Assembly (NCBI GenBank): GCA_016870815.1
Contig: VGAI01000001.1
Span: forward strand, 3,352 to 67,351
Direction of reading: 5' to 3'
Source: Actinomycetota bacterium
GTDB taxonomy: Bacteria; Actinomycetota; Actinomycetes; Nanopelagicales; Nanopelagicaceae
DNA: 64,000 bases
Part shown: positions 35,084 through 45,707 of the stretch, piece by piece
How positions within the stretch are numbered: position 1 is the first letter of the stretch
Layout: every line of letters begins with the position of its first letter
The notes under the pieces: generated by a model
Databases searched by the model: none
What the model saw: only the letters and a program-made list of their open reading frames with translations
Told to the model about the DNA's origin: nothing
Translations under genes and position numbers: made by a program

Positions 35084-35846
35084 TGCGAACTTCAAGTTGA
35101 ATCTCACTGCCATAGAGAGCAGATAAGTTCTCCGAAGTAAGAATCTGGCTGATCGCACCTTGAGCGAATACGGAACCAGATTTCAAAACAAGTAGATGAG
35201 TTGTACTTACTGGGATCTCCTCCAAATGATGCGTAACCATAATTGTTGCTGGTGAGGATGGGTCAGAGGCAAATAGCGCGAGGCGATGAAGCAAGTCTTC
35301 GCGTCCACCCAGATCTAGACCTGCTGCAGGTTCATCGAGAAGTAGCAGTTCAGGATCAGGCATCAAGGCCCGAGCAATCATCACACGCTTTCGCTCCCCT
35401 TCACTCAAGGTTGCAAATGATCGATCCGCCAACTCTCTTATACCAAAGGCATGTAAGAGAGCGCTCGACCTGGATTCGTCCCAGAGGTCATACTCCTCGA
35501 TCCAACGACCAAAGACCGCGTAAGCGGACGAGAGAATCAAATCTGAAACCTTCTCATCCCCTGGAATGAGATCCAACGTGGAACTCGAAGCAACTCCGAT
35601 CCGTGTCTTTAGTTCGCTTGTATCGACCTGTCCGAGCTTTGAACCCAAAATTTCTGCACGACCTAAGGTTGGAAAGAGATAACTCGAAAGTATCGCAAGC
35701 AGTGTGGTTTTGCCGGCACCGTTTGGTCCGATCACTACCCAGCGTTCACCTGGCATGACTTGCCAAGAGACTTTGGACAAGATCGCTGTGCCCGAACGCA
35801 GGACCGTAACGTCATCGAGTGAGATCAACGGCTGCATAGGTGGCAA
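35055..35846 (-). CDS. ABC transporter ATP-binding protein (orphan; no permease gene adjacent)
   Basis: Walker A GPNGAGKTT, signature LSEGERKR, Walker B LLLLDEP, H-loop VTHH. Confidence 0.85.
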   Translation of the reverse strand: MPPMQPLISLDDVTVLRSGTAILSKVSWQVMPGERWVVIGPNGAGKTTLLAILSSYLFPTLGRAEILGSKLGQVDTSELKTRIGVASSSTLDLIPGDEKVSDLILSSAYAVFGRWIEEYDLWDESRSSALLHAFGIRELADRSFATLSEGERKRVMIARALMPDPELLLLDEPAAGLDLGGREDLLHRLALFASDPSSPATIMVTHHLEEIPVSTTHLLVLKSGSVFAQGAISQILTSENLSALYGSEIQLEVRNGRYFALSR

Positions 35847-35873
35847 AGATATCCTGACCGCTAACCTTCATCT

Positions 35874-36503
35874 GTGAGATATCGCCTCTTGATGATGGAT
35901 GTCGACTCCACGCTCATAGACCAAGAAGTGATTGATGAGCTTGCCAAAATTGTTGGACATGGCGAAGCTGTAAGTCAGATCACCGCAAGGGCCATGTCGG
36001 GGCAGCTAGATTTTGAATCTGCGCTCCGAGAACGGGTCAGATTGCTTGCAGGAGCACCGGTCTCAGTTCTTGCCCAAGTCCAGGAAAAGATCACCTTGAC
36101 CAACGGCGCAAAGGAAATGATCTCCACTCTTAAGTCTATGAACGTCAAAATTGGAATCGTCAGCGGTAGCTTCGAAGAAGTAATCGCACCACTTGCTCGT
36201 AACTTAGGCCTTGATTTCTTTCGTGGAAATCGTTTTGAGATCGTGGGCGGCGTTCTCACTGGCGAACTCACTGGACCGATAATCGGAAGGACGGAGAAAG
36301 GCGAGGCGCTCTCTGATTTCGCCTCCTCTCTCGCTATAGATCTAAATGAGACGGTGGCCATCGGAGATGGCGCCAACGATGTTGAGATGATTAAAAGAGC
36401 AGGGCTCGGTATCGCCTTCTGTGCGAAGGAGGTCCTAAGGGTTGAGGCAGATGCTTCGATAGAGGTACGAGACCTCAGGCAAGTTCTGGATTTCTTTATC
36501 TAG
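35874..36503 (+). CDS. serB: Phosphoserine phosphatase-like HAD-IB hydrolase (short form, no ACT domains)
   Basis: Motif I MDVDSTLI(DQEVIDELA), motif II VSGS, motif IV GDGANDVEMIKRAGLGIAF. GTG start. Confidence 0.75.
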   Translation: MRYRLLMMDVDSTLIDQEVIDELAKIVGHGEAVSQITARAMSGQLDFESALRERVRLLAGAPVSVLAQVQEKITLTNGAKEMISTLKSMNVKIGIVSGSFEEVIAPLARNLGLDFFRGNRFEIVGGVLTGELTGPIIGRTEKGEALSDFASSLAIDLNETVAIGDGANDVEMIKRAGLGIAFCAKEVLRVEADASIEVRDLRQVLDFFI

Positions 36504-37336
36504 AGTCGACAGGCGTGAATATCCGTAACAAGAATTCCACGTGCTCCCACTTCATAGAGACGGTCCATCACTTGGTGCACTTCGCGACGAGGAACCATCG
36601 CTCGCACCGCAACCCAATCTGCTTTTTGAAGCGGTGAGATCGTTGGCGACTCGATACCTGGCGTAATCTCACAAGCACGTTCTAGATTCGAACGGGTGAC
36701 GTCATAGTCGACAAGGACATATTGTCGCGCAATCACGACTCCTTGAAGTCGTCGAAGAACTAAATCAAACTCCTCCTTCTGCCCACGGGCGATAAGTATT
36801 GCCGAACTCTCCAATATGGGCTGTTCAAAGACTGATAGCCCAGCCTGACGCAAAGTACTTCCGGTGGAGACAACATCCGCGATCAGATCCGCCACACCAA
36901 GACCTACTGCACTTTCAACAGCGCCATCAAGATGAACGATTTCTGCTCTTACTGCGCGATCCTGTAAGTACTTCGCGAGAAGATTCGGGTAAGCAGTTGC
37001 AATTCTTTTTCCTGAAAGGTTTGTGACAGGCAGAGAAGCCAGCGGAGCTGCCAACCTAAACGATGAGCGTCCAAAATCGAGATCGAGAAGCTCAATTGCG
37101 ACGCTCTCGCTATCGGCTAGCAAGTCTCTTCCGGTCACGCCAAGGTCAAGTTCTCCACTGCCGACATAGGTAGCAATATCCCGCGGTCTTAGGTAATAGA
37201 ACTCCACATCATTTGAGGGGTCTAGGAATATCAAATCCTTGGCATCATGTCGTTGACGGAATCCAGCCGCTTTGAAGATATCAATCGCCGATTCCGAGAG
37301 TGAACCCTTATTGGGTAGTGCAATCTTCAGGGCCAT
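36500..37336 (-). CDS. hisG: ATP phosphoribosyltransferase (long form)
   Basis: [15 protein letters not shown]... and the PRPP loop ADLIADVVSTGSTL, with the C-terminal regulatory domain present. Its start shares 1 nt with the hisE stop. Confidence 0.9.
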   Translation of the reverse strand: MALKIALPNKGSLSESAIDIFKAAGFRQRHDAKDLIFLDPSNDVEFYYLRPRDIATYVGSGELDLGVTGRDLLADSESVAIELLDLDFGRSSFRLAAPLASLPVTNLSGKRIATAYPNLLAKYLQDRAVRAEIVHLDGAVESAVGLGVADLIADVVSTGSTLRQAGLSVFEQPILESSAILIARGQKEEFDLVLRRLQGVVIARQYVLVDYDVTRSNLERACEITPGIESPTISPLQKADWVAVRAMVPRREVHQVMDRLYEVGARGILVTDIHACRL

Positions 37337-37599
37337 CAGAGACGCTCATAGACTTTTGCTAGAGGAATATTCCGTGCGACCATGATGACTTGTAAGTGAT
37401 AGAGAAGCTGACTGATTTCCTCCGCCAACCGCTCATCGCTCTCGTGCTCGGCCGCAAGCCAAACTTCGCCTGCTTCTTCGAGGATCTTCTTTCCTATGGC
37501 ATGGACCCCTGAATCAAGGAGTTCTACAGTCTTGGATTGCTCAGGACGGAATTTGGCGCGCTCACTGACCTCTGAGAAAAGTTGATCGAAGGTTTTCAT
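37336..37599 (-). CDS. hisE: Phosphoribosyl-ATP pyrophosphatase
   Basis: 87 aa. MazG-like helix pattern ([14 protein letters not shown]...[14 protein letters not shown]...[14 protein letters not shown]). Confidence 0.9.
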   Translation of the reverse strand: MKTFDQLFSEVSERAKFRPEQSKTVELLDSGVHAIGKKILEEAGEVWLAAEHESDERLAEEISQLLYHLQVIMVARNIPLAKVYERL

Positions 37600-37608
37600 C
37601 CACCGATT

Positions 37609-38286
37609 CTATCTTCTGGCTTCAATCGCTCGCTTCCGTAATTCTGCGACGATTTCCGCTGGATTATCGCTCTTGTAAACCGCACTTCCCGCAACGAAAG
37701 TATCGGCACCGCAAGCGCTGGCCTCCTCGATGGTTGATAGTGCGATTCCTCCATCAACTTGTAGCCAAGTCTGGGATAGGCCTTCGGCTGAAATCCAGGA
37801 ACTCAAGTCCTTCACTTTCGTCATCATCTCTCCCATGAAACTCTGTCCACCAAATCCTGGCTCAACCGTCATAACAAGAACCATGTCCAATTTTGTAAGC
37901 AAGCCTTTCAATACCTCAACCGGCGTTGAAGGTTTAATTGCAACTCCGCACCTAACGCCCTCTGCCTTGATGAGATCTATAGTTCCCGCCACATCTTTCG
38001 TAGCTTCATAATGAATCGTCACGGAAAAGACTCCTTCCGGCTTCAACGAAGCATATTTTGGCCCCCAGCGATCTGCTTGCTCGACCATCAGATGCAAATC
38101 AATAGGCAGGACAGATTCCATGACAATCTGACGAGTTTGCTCAAACGAGTAGGTAAAGTTAGGGACAAACTTGTCATCCATGATGTCGAGATGAATGAAA
38201 TCGGCGAAACCCGCTACTCGCTCGATCTCGCTCGCAAGGTGGTTCTGATCTGCATTAAGGACCGAGGGACAGATTCGGACGGTCAT
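37609..38286 (-). CDS. rpe: Ribulose-phosphate 3-epimerase
   Basis: ICPSVLNAD...IHLDIMDDKFVPN...DLHLMV...MTVEPGFGGQSF...VDGG. Confidence 0.92.
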   Translation of the reverse strand: MTVRICPSVLNADQNHLASEIERVAGFADFIHLDIMDDKFVPNFTYSFEQTRQIVMESVLPIDLHLMVEQADRWGPKYASLKPEGVFSVTIHYEATKDVAGTIDLIKAEGVRCGVAIKPSTPVEVLKGLLTKLDMVLVMTVEPGFGGQSFMGEMMTKVKDLSSWISAEGLSQTWLQVDGGIALSTIEEASACGADTFVAGSAVYKSDNPAEIVAELRKRAIEARR

Positions 38287-39554
38287 TGGTCCTCTCTCTG
38301 CACGAGAGCTAGGAACATGCCATCGGTCCCATGCTCTGCGGTCATAAGTTGCATCATTCCATCCGCACCAATCGAGCTTTGATAACTCTTGTCAATCGTA
38401 TCTCTTTCAACTGGCAGGACTTTGAAATTTGGATGTGTTCGAAGAAAGTCGGCCACTTGAGTTCGCGTCTCGAGCGGATGAGGTGAGCAGGTCACGTAAA
38501 TGATCACTCCTCCAATTCTCACCAGCTTGGCTGCCGAATCTAAAAGTTCCCGTTGAAGTTTGACTAGCGCTTTGAGGTCCGACTCGCTCCTTCTCCATCT
38601 TGCATCTGGTCTTCTTCTCAAGGCGCCAAGTCCGGTACAGGGAGCATCCAAGAGAATGCGATCAAATGATTCACTTGGTAGCCCACTATCTCTCGCATCA
38701 TCAACCAAAACCTCATATCCCTTAACCCGTCCCCGGATCAGATCGGCACGATGACGATGCAATTCCATACCGATGAGTTGCTCGCTCTGTAAGTGATGGG
38801 CGAGGTAGGCGAACTTCCCGCCTGGCCCGGCACAGAGATCAAGCCATTTCATCTCCTTCTCTCGATCAGTCGCAAGTGCCACTTCGCAGACCAGTTGCGA
38901 GCCAAAATCTTGTACGAAACTCGCACCGCTCTTGACTGTTGAGATCGCCGAGGGTGGTTTCAGGAATGTATGCCCATACGGTAAGCGCGCATCTCGCAAT
39001 CCTTCGTCCTCGCTCATGGTCTCGAAAGCGACGCCCTGTACTTCTGCGCCACGGTTGTGACTTAAGAGCTCGTCAGATAACCGCTCACCCTCGAGCAAGA
39101 GAGAAAAGGCATCCACAATCCATTTTGGGTGCGAAGCTTTTACCTCTAAAGAAAGCCCATCGTCACTCTGCAGCGATTCTCTCTCTCGACAAGCGCGCCG
39201 GAGCACTGCATTGATGAAACTTGAACGTGCCTTTCCTAAAACAGTTTTTGATACTTCCACATACTCATTTACAAGAGCATGGTCGGCAGTAGTCATGAAG
39301 ATGACCTCGTAGAGCCCTAGCCGCAGCAACTCTCGAACTTCATCTTCGATAGCACGATCAATCAACTTCTCGATTGAGTCATCGAGCCTCAAGCGCATCC
39401 GAACACTTCCAAAAATCAGTTCCGTTGCAAAGGCTCGCTCGTTGGGCTTAATCCTTTGATGAAGATTCTCGATTTCAAGATTGATATATGAATCGCGCTT
39501 ACTACTATCTCGTAAGAACTCCCACGCCGCCCGTCTTGGCTTGATCTCACTCAA
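38283..39554 (-). CDS. rsmB: 16S rRNA (cytosine967-C5)-methyltransferase RsmB/Fmu-like
   Basis: NusB-like N-domain, SAM motif DLCAGPGGK, and catalytic DAPCTGLG and YVTCS cysteines. Confidence 0.85.
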   Translation of the reverse strand: MSEIKPRRAAWEFLRDSSKRDSYINLEIENLHQRIKPNERAFATELIFGSVRMRLRLDDSIEKLIDRAIEDEVRELLRLGLYEVIFMTTADHALVNEYVEVSKTVLGKARSSFINAVLRRACRERESLQSDDGLSLEVKASHPKWIVDAFSLLLEGERLSDELLSHNRGAEVQGVAFETMSEDEGLRDARLPYGHTFLKPPSAISTVKSGASFVQDFGSQLVCEVALATDREKEMKWLDLCAGPGGKFAYLAHHLQSEQLIGMELHRHRADLIRGRVKGYEVLVDDARDSGLPSESFDRILLDAPCTGLGALRRRPDARWRRSESDLKALVKLQRELLDSAAKLVRIGGVIIYVTCSPHPLETRTQVADFLRTHPNFKVLPVERDTIDKSYQSSIGADGMMQLMTAEHGTDGMFLALVQREDQ

Positions 39555-40467
39555 TGCGAGTAGCCTCTTTTAGATCTCTTCCGCGGACGAATTCAGAACC
39601 ACTCATCTCCCGCTTTCCTTCCGGGATGATTCGTAGGATCTCAATTGATCCATCCTCGGTACCAAGAAATAGTGAACCATTATGCTCAACCAGATCTCTT
39701 GACGGAACTGCTTCGCTCGAGGACTTGACCTTTGAAATGATCATTCTCTGCCCGTTATAAATGAACCAAACACCCGGATTCGAAGTAAAAGCCCGAATCT
39801 GCCGCATCATTTCTTCGGTCTTCAACCCCAAGATGAGTCGCAGTTCGTCTTTCGCTATCTTTGCAGCAATGTTCGATATCCCCTCTTGTTCTGTAGGTTC
39901 AACGCCTGCCTCGATCATCTCAATCGCTCTCAAAAGTTCATCTGCGCCCAGCAATGACATCTGATCAAGTGCCTCGGAAGCACATTCATCCTCGCCATAT
40001 CTATAGCTCCTTTGACGGTAGATGGGCCCAGTGTCCATCCCAACATCAAGCTTGAAGATAGTTACGCCAGATTCCCGCTCTCCCGCTAGAAGTGAGCGTT
40101 GCACTGGGGCCGCCCCTCGCCATCGAGGAAGCATCGAGAAGTGAATATTGAGCCAACCGTACTTTGGTTTCTCAAGGGCTTCTTCCTTGACCAAACGACC
40201 ATAGGCCAGAGTTACAACGAGATCAGCTTGCATCTGCCGAAGTGCTTCGAGGAGTTGATCCGCTGAATCGGGTGCGTAACAAGGAATCATCCCTCTCTCA
40301 CGGGACGCCCATTCTCGAAACTGATTCGGCTTCGCTCTCGAACTTCTTCCTTGTGGACGATCTGGCATGGTGATGAAGCCAACGATTTCATGAGTCGATC
40401 TCTCTAGTACATCGAGAGCCCTAACTGCGTACAGTGAAGATGAAGCGAGTGCTATCTTCACCAGCAA
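39547..40467 (-). CDS. fmt: Methionyl-tRNA formyltransferase
   Basis: Formyltransferase core (NIHFSMLPRWRGAAPVQRSLLAGE..GVTIFKLDVGMDTGPI) plus the C-terminal tRNA-binding domain. Confidence 0.9.
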   Translation of the reverse strand: MLVKIALASSSLYAVRALDVLERSTHEIVGFITMPDRPQGRSSRAKPNQFREWASRERGMIPCYAPDSADQLLEALRQMQADLVVTLAYGRLVKEEALEKPKYGWLNIHFSMLPRWRGAAPVQRSLLAGERESGVTIFKLDVGMDTGPIYRQRSYRYGEDECASEALDQMSLLGADELLRAIEMIEAGVEPTEQEGISNIAAKIAKDELRLILGLKTEEMMRQIRAFTSNPGVWFIYNGQRMIISKVKSSSEAVPSRDLVEHNGSLFLGTEDGSIEILRIIPEGKREMSGSEFVRGRDLKEATRIE

Positions 40468-40477
40468 TACCGATTCT

Positions 40478-41026
40478 TCACATCACCAATCCACGAGTCG
40501 AATGAGGCGAAAGCTTGATCGCCGGCGCGCCTTGTTCCTGAAACCATTCTGAGGAGCGAATTTCCTTCATAGCCGCCTTACGATTCTCGGGCGTCATTCG
40601 ATCAATAAAAAGAACACCATCGAGATGATCAACCTCATGCTGGAGCGCTCTTGCAAGAAATTCGCTTCCTTCCACCATCAAGGGTTCGCCATGCATAGTG
40701 AAGCCCTTGGCTACAGCACGGAGGGCACGAGGCGTATCAAAATGGATCTCGGGGAATGAGAGACACCCTTCCTCTCCATCTTGCATCTCCTCTGAGAGGT
40801 CTAGGGTGGGGTTGATCAGATGGCCCAACTCCCCATCAACATGCCAGGTAAAAACTCGCAAGCCAACGCCAATTTGTGGTGCAGCTAAGCCGGCACCGGG
40901 GGCATCAAGCATCGTCTCCGTCAAATCCGCAACCAGAGTTCTAAGTTCCTTATCGAAGGATGTCACTTCTGTCGCGCGAGAAGTAAGGACTGGGTCACCG
41001 AAATGCCGAATAGGTTGTATCGCCAC
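40478..41026 (-). CDS. def: Peptide deformylase
   Basis: All three motifs are present: GAGLAAPQIG, EGCLSFP and HEVDHLDG. Confidence 0.92.
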   Translation of the reverse strand: MAIQPIRHFGDPVLTSRATEVTSFDKELRTLVADLTETMLDAPGAGLAAPQIGVGLRVFTWHVDGELGHLINPTLDLSEEMQDGEEGCLSFPEIHFDTPRALRAVAKGFTMHGEPLMVEGSEFLARALQHEVDHLDGVLFIDRMTPENRKAAMKEIRSSEWFQEQGAPAIKLSPHSTRGLVM

Positions 41027-41035
41027 CCGCGAATC

Positions 41036-42943
41036 TTACAGATACTCCGGTTCAATGATGAAAGAAATCGGGGCTAGTCGCTTAGAACTTCTGATTCTGA
41101 TCACACCTTGCAAGAGTTGCGATAGCTCAAATCTATGCTTTCGAGAAACTTTCACCAAGAAGCTTGAATCTCGGACAGGAAAGATTTCACTCTCCGTATC
41201 TTTGAAGAGTCTGTCCTCGGCGAGGCTACTTCGCAACCTCGTCAATGCCGAGGGTTCTCCTCGAATCTCAGCGATTAACGAGTAGGGGGGCAAGTTGAGT
41301 GAACGTCTCTCTTTCAGAGTATTCCCAAGGTGCTTGGCATGATCTCCACTTCTCATGGCGCGAAACTCTGGGTGTTCCTGATCCAAATCCGCTAATACGA
41401 CGCCGTTATTCGGTGATAAAAGCCCAAGGGCTCGAGCCCACCTCATCCTCGATGCTTCCTGCATTGAGAATGACGGTGAGTTGAAGATCCCATTTCCTCC
41501 GATCAACGCGATTATTTGATAGCCGATTGGCCGTCCCGCTTTATCGACGATTAACGGCTCACACCCATGCGTCGCGACAACAATAAGTGCGCCCGACTTT
41601 GATTGAACCAACTCCCCTTTGAATGTATCTGCGTTTGAAAGAACAACTTTCGATCCTGAGATGCTCTTGCCCAGTGTGAGCGCCCATTTCTCAGCGCCTC
41701 CCTTATACGAGAGAAAGTGATCGCCTTGGCAGTGTCTGCAGCGAGGAGAAAGAAGCCGCTTAGAGCAGCGAGAACATTCCGGATCGCCATCTCGTTGCTT
41801 CGTCCCCATGGGGAAGCCACATTCGCAGCGCAGGACATTCTTGCAACGAGCACAGATCATGGATGAGACGAATGAACGATCGTTGATACTTACCAAGATA
41901 TTTGCGTTATTCTTCTGAGTAACCAATGCAGAGATGGCCTTGACCATGTCGCGCGAATCCTTAGAGCGAAATTCACGAAGCTCAACTTGACGCTTCCGCG
42001 AATAGACAAGTGGTAGGCCGGAGGCGAGCATCTCCATTGTTGGTGCGTGATTGACCACAATGAACTGTTTGCATCCCTGCCAAATGAGCGGTTCATCAAC
42101 CCGAAAATATGGGTGGCGACGTTCGCGATAGTTGACATCACCAGAATCCAGAACGAGAACGCGCTCTGGTTTGAACGGTACGAGAGCAGCGCTTCGCGTA
42201 CCAATAAGGAGTTTAATCTTCCCCTGCAGGAGCAGTTGGTGTAGCCAAGCTCTCTCACTCTCGCTCTTCGATGAGTGGATGAGGGCTACATCTGAAATGC
42301 CCGCTTCTCTAAGTGCTACCAGTAGGCGATCGATCAAGGACTCTTGGGGTATGAGCACCAGAGTGCTGGCAGAATCACTAGAAATCAATGAAGCGATGAT
42401 CCTCTCCCAGAGCATCGCTGGAGAGAGAATGAGCGCACTCTGCTTCGCTTCTACCCAATTCGTGCCGAAAGTATCAACCAGAAAGCGACGGTGAATCTCT
42501 TGAGGTGAGATCAACCCTTGCAGAACCTTTATTGCAGATCTGCCTTCGAAAGACTTTCTTGGTATGGCGAGATTGAGGATGCTATGAAGAGAACCGCCAT
42601 AAAGAGAGGCAATTCTCCTCGATCGTTCTAGAAGTCCAACATCAAACCATTTCTGATTGTTCACTGCCTTCTCAATGGCTTTGAGCTGGTTACTTTCTGA
42701 GTTTTCCTTGATTGATAGAGGAAGGACCTCGGTGACGTATCCGGTAGTTACTTGTGAACCGAATGGAACTCTCACCATAGATCCAAGCTCTAGTTCCATA
42801 CCTTCCGGAACTAGATAGCTGTACTCACCATCAAGGTGTGGGACAGGAACCTTGACCGAAACCGAAGCGATTCGATCACAGGGTGGAATCACAGAAGATG
42901 CCAGACCCGGTGCGGGTGGGTTCCTTAATTTGAGCGGCTTCAC
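41036..42943 (-). CDS. priA: Primosomal protein N' (PriA) homolog with degenerate helicase ATPase motifs
   Basis: N-terminal 3'-DNA-binding-domain pattern (YSYLVPEGMELELGSMVRVPFGSQVTTGYV). Cys-rich Zn region (CARCKNVLRCECG...CSRC...CRHCQG). Conserved position between metK and def/fmt. Walker A and DExH are not recognisable (see findings). Confidence 0.8.
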   Translation of the reverse strand: MKPLKLRNPPAPGLASSVIPPCDRIASVSVKVPVPHLDGEYSYLVPEGMELELGSMVRVPFGSQVTTGYVTEVLPLSIKENSESNQLKAIEKAVNNQKWFDVGLLERSRRIASLYGGSLHSILNLAIPRKSFEGRSAIKVLQGLISPQEIHRRFLVDTFGTNWVEAKQSALILSPAMLWERIIASLISSDSASTLVLIPQESLIDRLLVALREAGISDVALIHSSKSESERAWLHQLLLQGKIKLLIGTRSAALVPFKPERVLVLDSGDVNYRERRHPYFRVDEPLIWQGCKQFIVVNHAPTMEMLASGLPLVYSRKRQVELREFRSKDSRDMVKAISALVTQKNNANILVSINDRSFVSSMICARCKNVLRCECGFPMGTKQRDGDPECSRCSKRLLSPRCRHCQGDHFLSYKGGAEKWALTLGKSISGSKVVLSNADTFKGELVQSKSGALIVVATHGCEPLIVDKAGRPIGYQIIALIGGNGIFNSPSFSMQEASRMRWARALGLLSPNNGVVLADLDQEHPEFRAMRSGDHAKHLGNTLKERRSLNLPPYSLIAEIRGEPSALTRLRSSLAEDRLFKDTESEIFPVRDSSFLVKVSRKHRFELSQLLQGVIRIRSSKRLAPISFIIEPEYL

Positions 42944-42954
42944 CGCGTTACAGG

Positions 42955-44154
42955 CTACCCCTTGACGGCGTCAGCGAGTGCCTTTGCCCTATCGGTCTTC
43001 TCCCAGGTGAACTCTGGAAGTTCGCGTCCGAAATGGCCGTAAGCAGCAGTTTTGCTATAGATCGGTCGCAGTAAATCTAGATCCGCGATAAGAGCAGCTG
43101 GCCGTAGATCGAAGACCTTGGTGATTGCGTCACTGATCTGGGTATCTGGCAACTTCCCGGTGCCGAATGTTTCAACGAAGAGCCCGACAGGTTGCGCTTT
43201 TCCTATGGCGTAAGCGACCTGGACTTCACAACGATCTGCAAGTCCTGCTGCCACCACATTCTTTGCCACCCATCGCATTGCATATGCAGCCGATCGGTCG
43301 ACCTTGGAAGGATCCTTGCCACTAAAAGCTCCACCGCCATGACGGGCCATGCCACCGTAAGTATCGACAATGATTTTCCGACCGGTAAGTCCGGCATCGC
43401 CCATAGGGCCACCGATCACAAATCGCCCTGTTGGATTGATCAGGGTGCGAACTTTCGAGGCATCAAGATCAAGATCCCCTAGAACTACATCAATGACATG
43501 CTCTTTGATCTCTGGCGCCAACTTGCTTTCCACATCAACCGATGAGGCATGCTGACTCGAAATAACGACGGTATCGATTGCAATCGGCTTATCACCGTCG
43601 TATGCGATTGTCACCTGAGTCTTCCCATCGGGACGGAGGTAAGGAAGAAGACCACTCTTTCTTACTAAGGTGAGTCTTTCAGCGAGTCGATGTGCCAACC
43701 AGATCGGTAGCGGCATCAAAGTAGGAGTGTCTTTGCTTGCATAGCCAAACATCAAGCCTTGATCGCCAGCACCTTGCAGATCATAAGGATCGCTTGACTG
43801 GGTGAGGCGCTTTTCAACGGCGCTATCTACACCTTGCGCAATATCACTTGACTGCTGTCCGATGGAGATCGAGACGCCACAACTATTTCCATCGAAACCT
43901 TTCTCGGAACTGTCATAACCAATACTAAGGACGGTATCTCTGACCAGGGACATAACATCAGCAAAGCCATCGGTTGTTACCTCACCAGCAACATGGACTT
44001 GTCCAGTGGTTATCAATGTCTCGACCGCGACACGCGATTTTCGGTCTTGGCGCAATAAGTCATCAAGAATTGAGTCAGAGATCTGATCAGCAATCTTGTC
44101 AGGATGGCCCTCGGTAACTGATTCAGAGGTGAACAAGCGAACTGCTTTACCCAT
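42955..44154 (-). CDS. metK: S-adenosylmethionine synthetase
   Basis: [51 protein letters not shown]. Confidence 0.95.
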   Translation of the reverse strand: MGKAVRLFTSESVTEGHPDKIADQISDSILDDLLRQDRKSRVAVETLITTGQVHVAGEVTTDGFADVMSLVRDTVLSIGYDSSEKGFDGNSCGVSISIGQQSSDIAQGVDSAVEKRLTQSSDPYDLQGAGDQGLMFGYASKDTPTLMPLPIWLAHRLAERLTLVRKSGLLPYLRPDGKTQVTIAYDGDKPIAIDTVVISSQHASSVDVESKLAPEIKEHVIDVVLGDLDLDASKVRTLINPTGRFVIGGPMGDAGLTGRKIIVDTYGGMARHGGGAFSGKDPSKVDRSAAYAMRWVAKNVVAAGLADRCEVQVAYAIGKAQPVGLFVETFGTGKLPDTQISDAITKVFDLRPAALIADLDLLRPIYSKTAAYGHFGRELPEFTWEKTDRAKALADAVKG

Positions 44155-45361
44155 GACTTACCCTCTCTCTAATCTGGTCCAACAGAGTGTCGGCCAGCAT
44201 CTCTTTAGAAACTTCCTCAATCGGGATGATTTTTCCCTCTCGAGTGATAATCGCGCCACTGGTCATATCAGAGCCAAAGACCTTGCCACTGGATACGTCG
44301 TTGACATAGATGAGGTCAGCACCTTTACGAGCAAGTTTCGACTTCGCTGCACTGACCAAAGCTTCGTGATTGCTCTCTGTCTCTGCGGCGAACCCAGCAA
44401 TCACTTGGTTCGTTCGCTTCTTGGCCGCAAACTCTGCAAGCAGATCCTGGTTCTCTTCCAATAACAACGACCCCAACATCTCTTTCTTGATCTTCTCATC
44501 CGAAACCGATACCGGCCTTGCATCGGCTACAGCCGCGCTCATCACTAAGACATCAATATCATCAAAGCGCGCGAGAATCTCATCTCTCATCTCAGCGGCA
44601 CTCTCTATTTCCACCGTCTCGATTCCCTCGATCTTCGGTAGCGAATTCGGACCTAGAACAAGGGTGACTTGGGCTCCTCGCATCGCTGCTTGATTCGCAA
44701 TCGCCCACCCCTGTTTTCCACTCGAACGATTGCCGATGAAGCGAACTGGATCGATTGCTTCTCGCGTACCACCTGCAGTTACTAAGACCCTTGCTCCCAA
44801 GAGATCAGCGCAGTAGCCATAACTTTCTTCAACAAAATCGATGATTGCCGAGGAATCAGGGAAACGGCCGACACCAGAATCCGAACCAGTCAATCGTCCA
44901 ATCGCAGGGTCCATTACGAAAACCCCACGATCTCGCAATGTTTGCACATTCTTCACCGTCGCAGGATTGAGCCACATCTTCGGATGCATGGCGGGAACGA
45001 TGACTATAGGAGCAGTTGTGCTCAGAATGGTGTTGGTCAATAAATCATCTGCGCGACCGTGAGCGATTCGCGCAATCAGATCAGCTGTGGCTGGTGCGAC
45101 CAGAATGAGATTCGCCTTATCGCCTAAAGAAACGTGAGGAACGTCAGAGACGTTCTCCCAAAGTTCACTCTGGGCCTTGCGTCCAGATAGCGCTTCCCAG
45201 GTCGCCTTGCCAACAAAATTGAGCGAGTTTGGCGTAGGAACGACAGTGACGAGAAAACCCCGATCTTGCAAACGCCGCAAGAGATCTGCAGATTTATAAG
45301 CGGCGATACCCGCGCCTACACCAAGGACGAGCTCTCTACCTCGGGGGAAATTCATGGCCAC
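44147..45361 (-). CDS. coaBC: Bifunctional phosphopantothenoylcysteine decarboxylase / phosphopantothenate-cysteine ligase
   Basis: N-terminal flavoprotein domain ([10 protein letters not shown]..., PAMHPKMW) and C-terminal CoaB domain ([25 protein letters not shown]). Confidence 0.92.
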   Translation of the reverse strand: MAMNFPRGRELVLGVGAGIAAYKSADLLRRLQDRGFLVTVVPTPNSLNFVGKATWEALSGRKAQSELWENVSDVPHVSLGDKANLILVAPATADLIARIAHGRADDLLTNTILSTTAPIVIVPAMHPKMWLNPATVKNVQTLRDRGVFVMDPAIGRLTGSDSGVGRFPDSSAIIDFVEESYGYCADLLGARVLVTAGGTREAIDPVRFIGNRSSGKQGWAIANQAAMRGAQVTLVLGPNSLPKIEGIETVEIESAAEMRDEILARFDDIDVLVMSAAVADARPVSVSDEKIKKEMLGSLLLEENQDLLAEFAAKKRTNQVIAGFAAETESNHEALVSAAKSKLARKGADLIYVNDVSSGKVFGSDMTSGAIITREGKIIPIEEVSKEMLADTLLDQIRERVSHG

Positions 45362-45374
45362 CTACCGTGACCGA

Positions 45375-45662
45375 TTACTTGTTCTGAGTCGGTTCCAATT
45401 GCTCGATGGAGAGCAGGTCTTGGTTGATCTCACGGAGCGCGATGGAGAGTGGCTTCTCATGAACATTTGTCTCAACCAGGGGACCTACGTATTCCAAGAG
45501 CCCTTCACCGAGCTGCGAGTAATAGGCGTTGATCTGTCGCGCACGCTTTGCTGCGTAGAGGACAAGGCTGTACTTGGAACCTGACTTCTCCAAGAGTTGA
45601 TCGATAGGAGGATTCGTGATTCCTTCAGTCTTGATTTCCATGTATGCGCTTCCTTCTTTCAC
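45375..45662 (-). CDS. rpoZ: DNA-directed RNA polymerase subunit omega
   Basis: [35 protein letters not shown]. An alternative ATG lies at 45641. Confidence 0.9.
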   Translation of the reverse strand: MKEGSAYMEIKTEGITNPPIDQLLEKSGSKYSLVLYAAKRARQINAYYSQLGEGLLEYVGPLVETNVHEKPLSIALREINQDLLSIEQLEPTQNK

Positions 45663-45707
45663 ATCAGAACCAATGGGTTCAACGCGTATTTGTGCGGGGG
45701 CTCCCGG

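Noticed and set aside
40698-41285. Long ORFs antisense to or out of frame with well-supported genes. Examples are 40698-41285 (195 aa, opposite def/priA), 47538-48008 (opposite pyrD), 59610-60110 (opposite aroC), 21510-21941 and other ORFs opposite metH, and 1296-1700 (opposite der).
   Set aside because: Each lies wholly inside a gene with unmistakable family motifs on the other strand or frame. Their translations are low-complexity and rich in Arg, Ser and Pro, with no recognisable motifs. This is the usual shadow-ORF behaviour.
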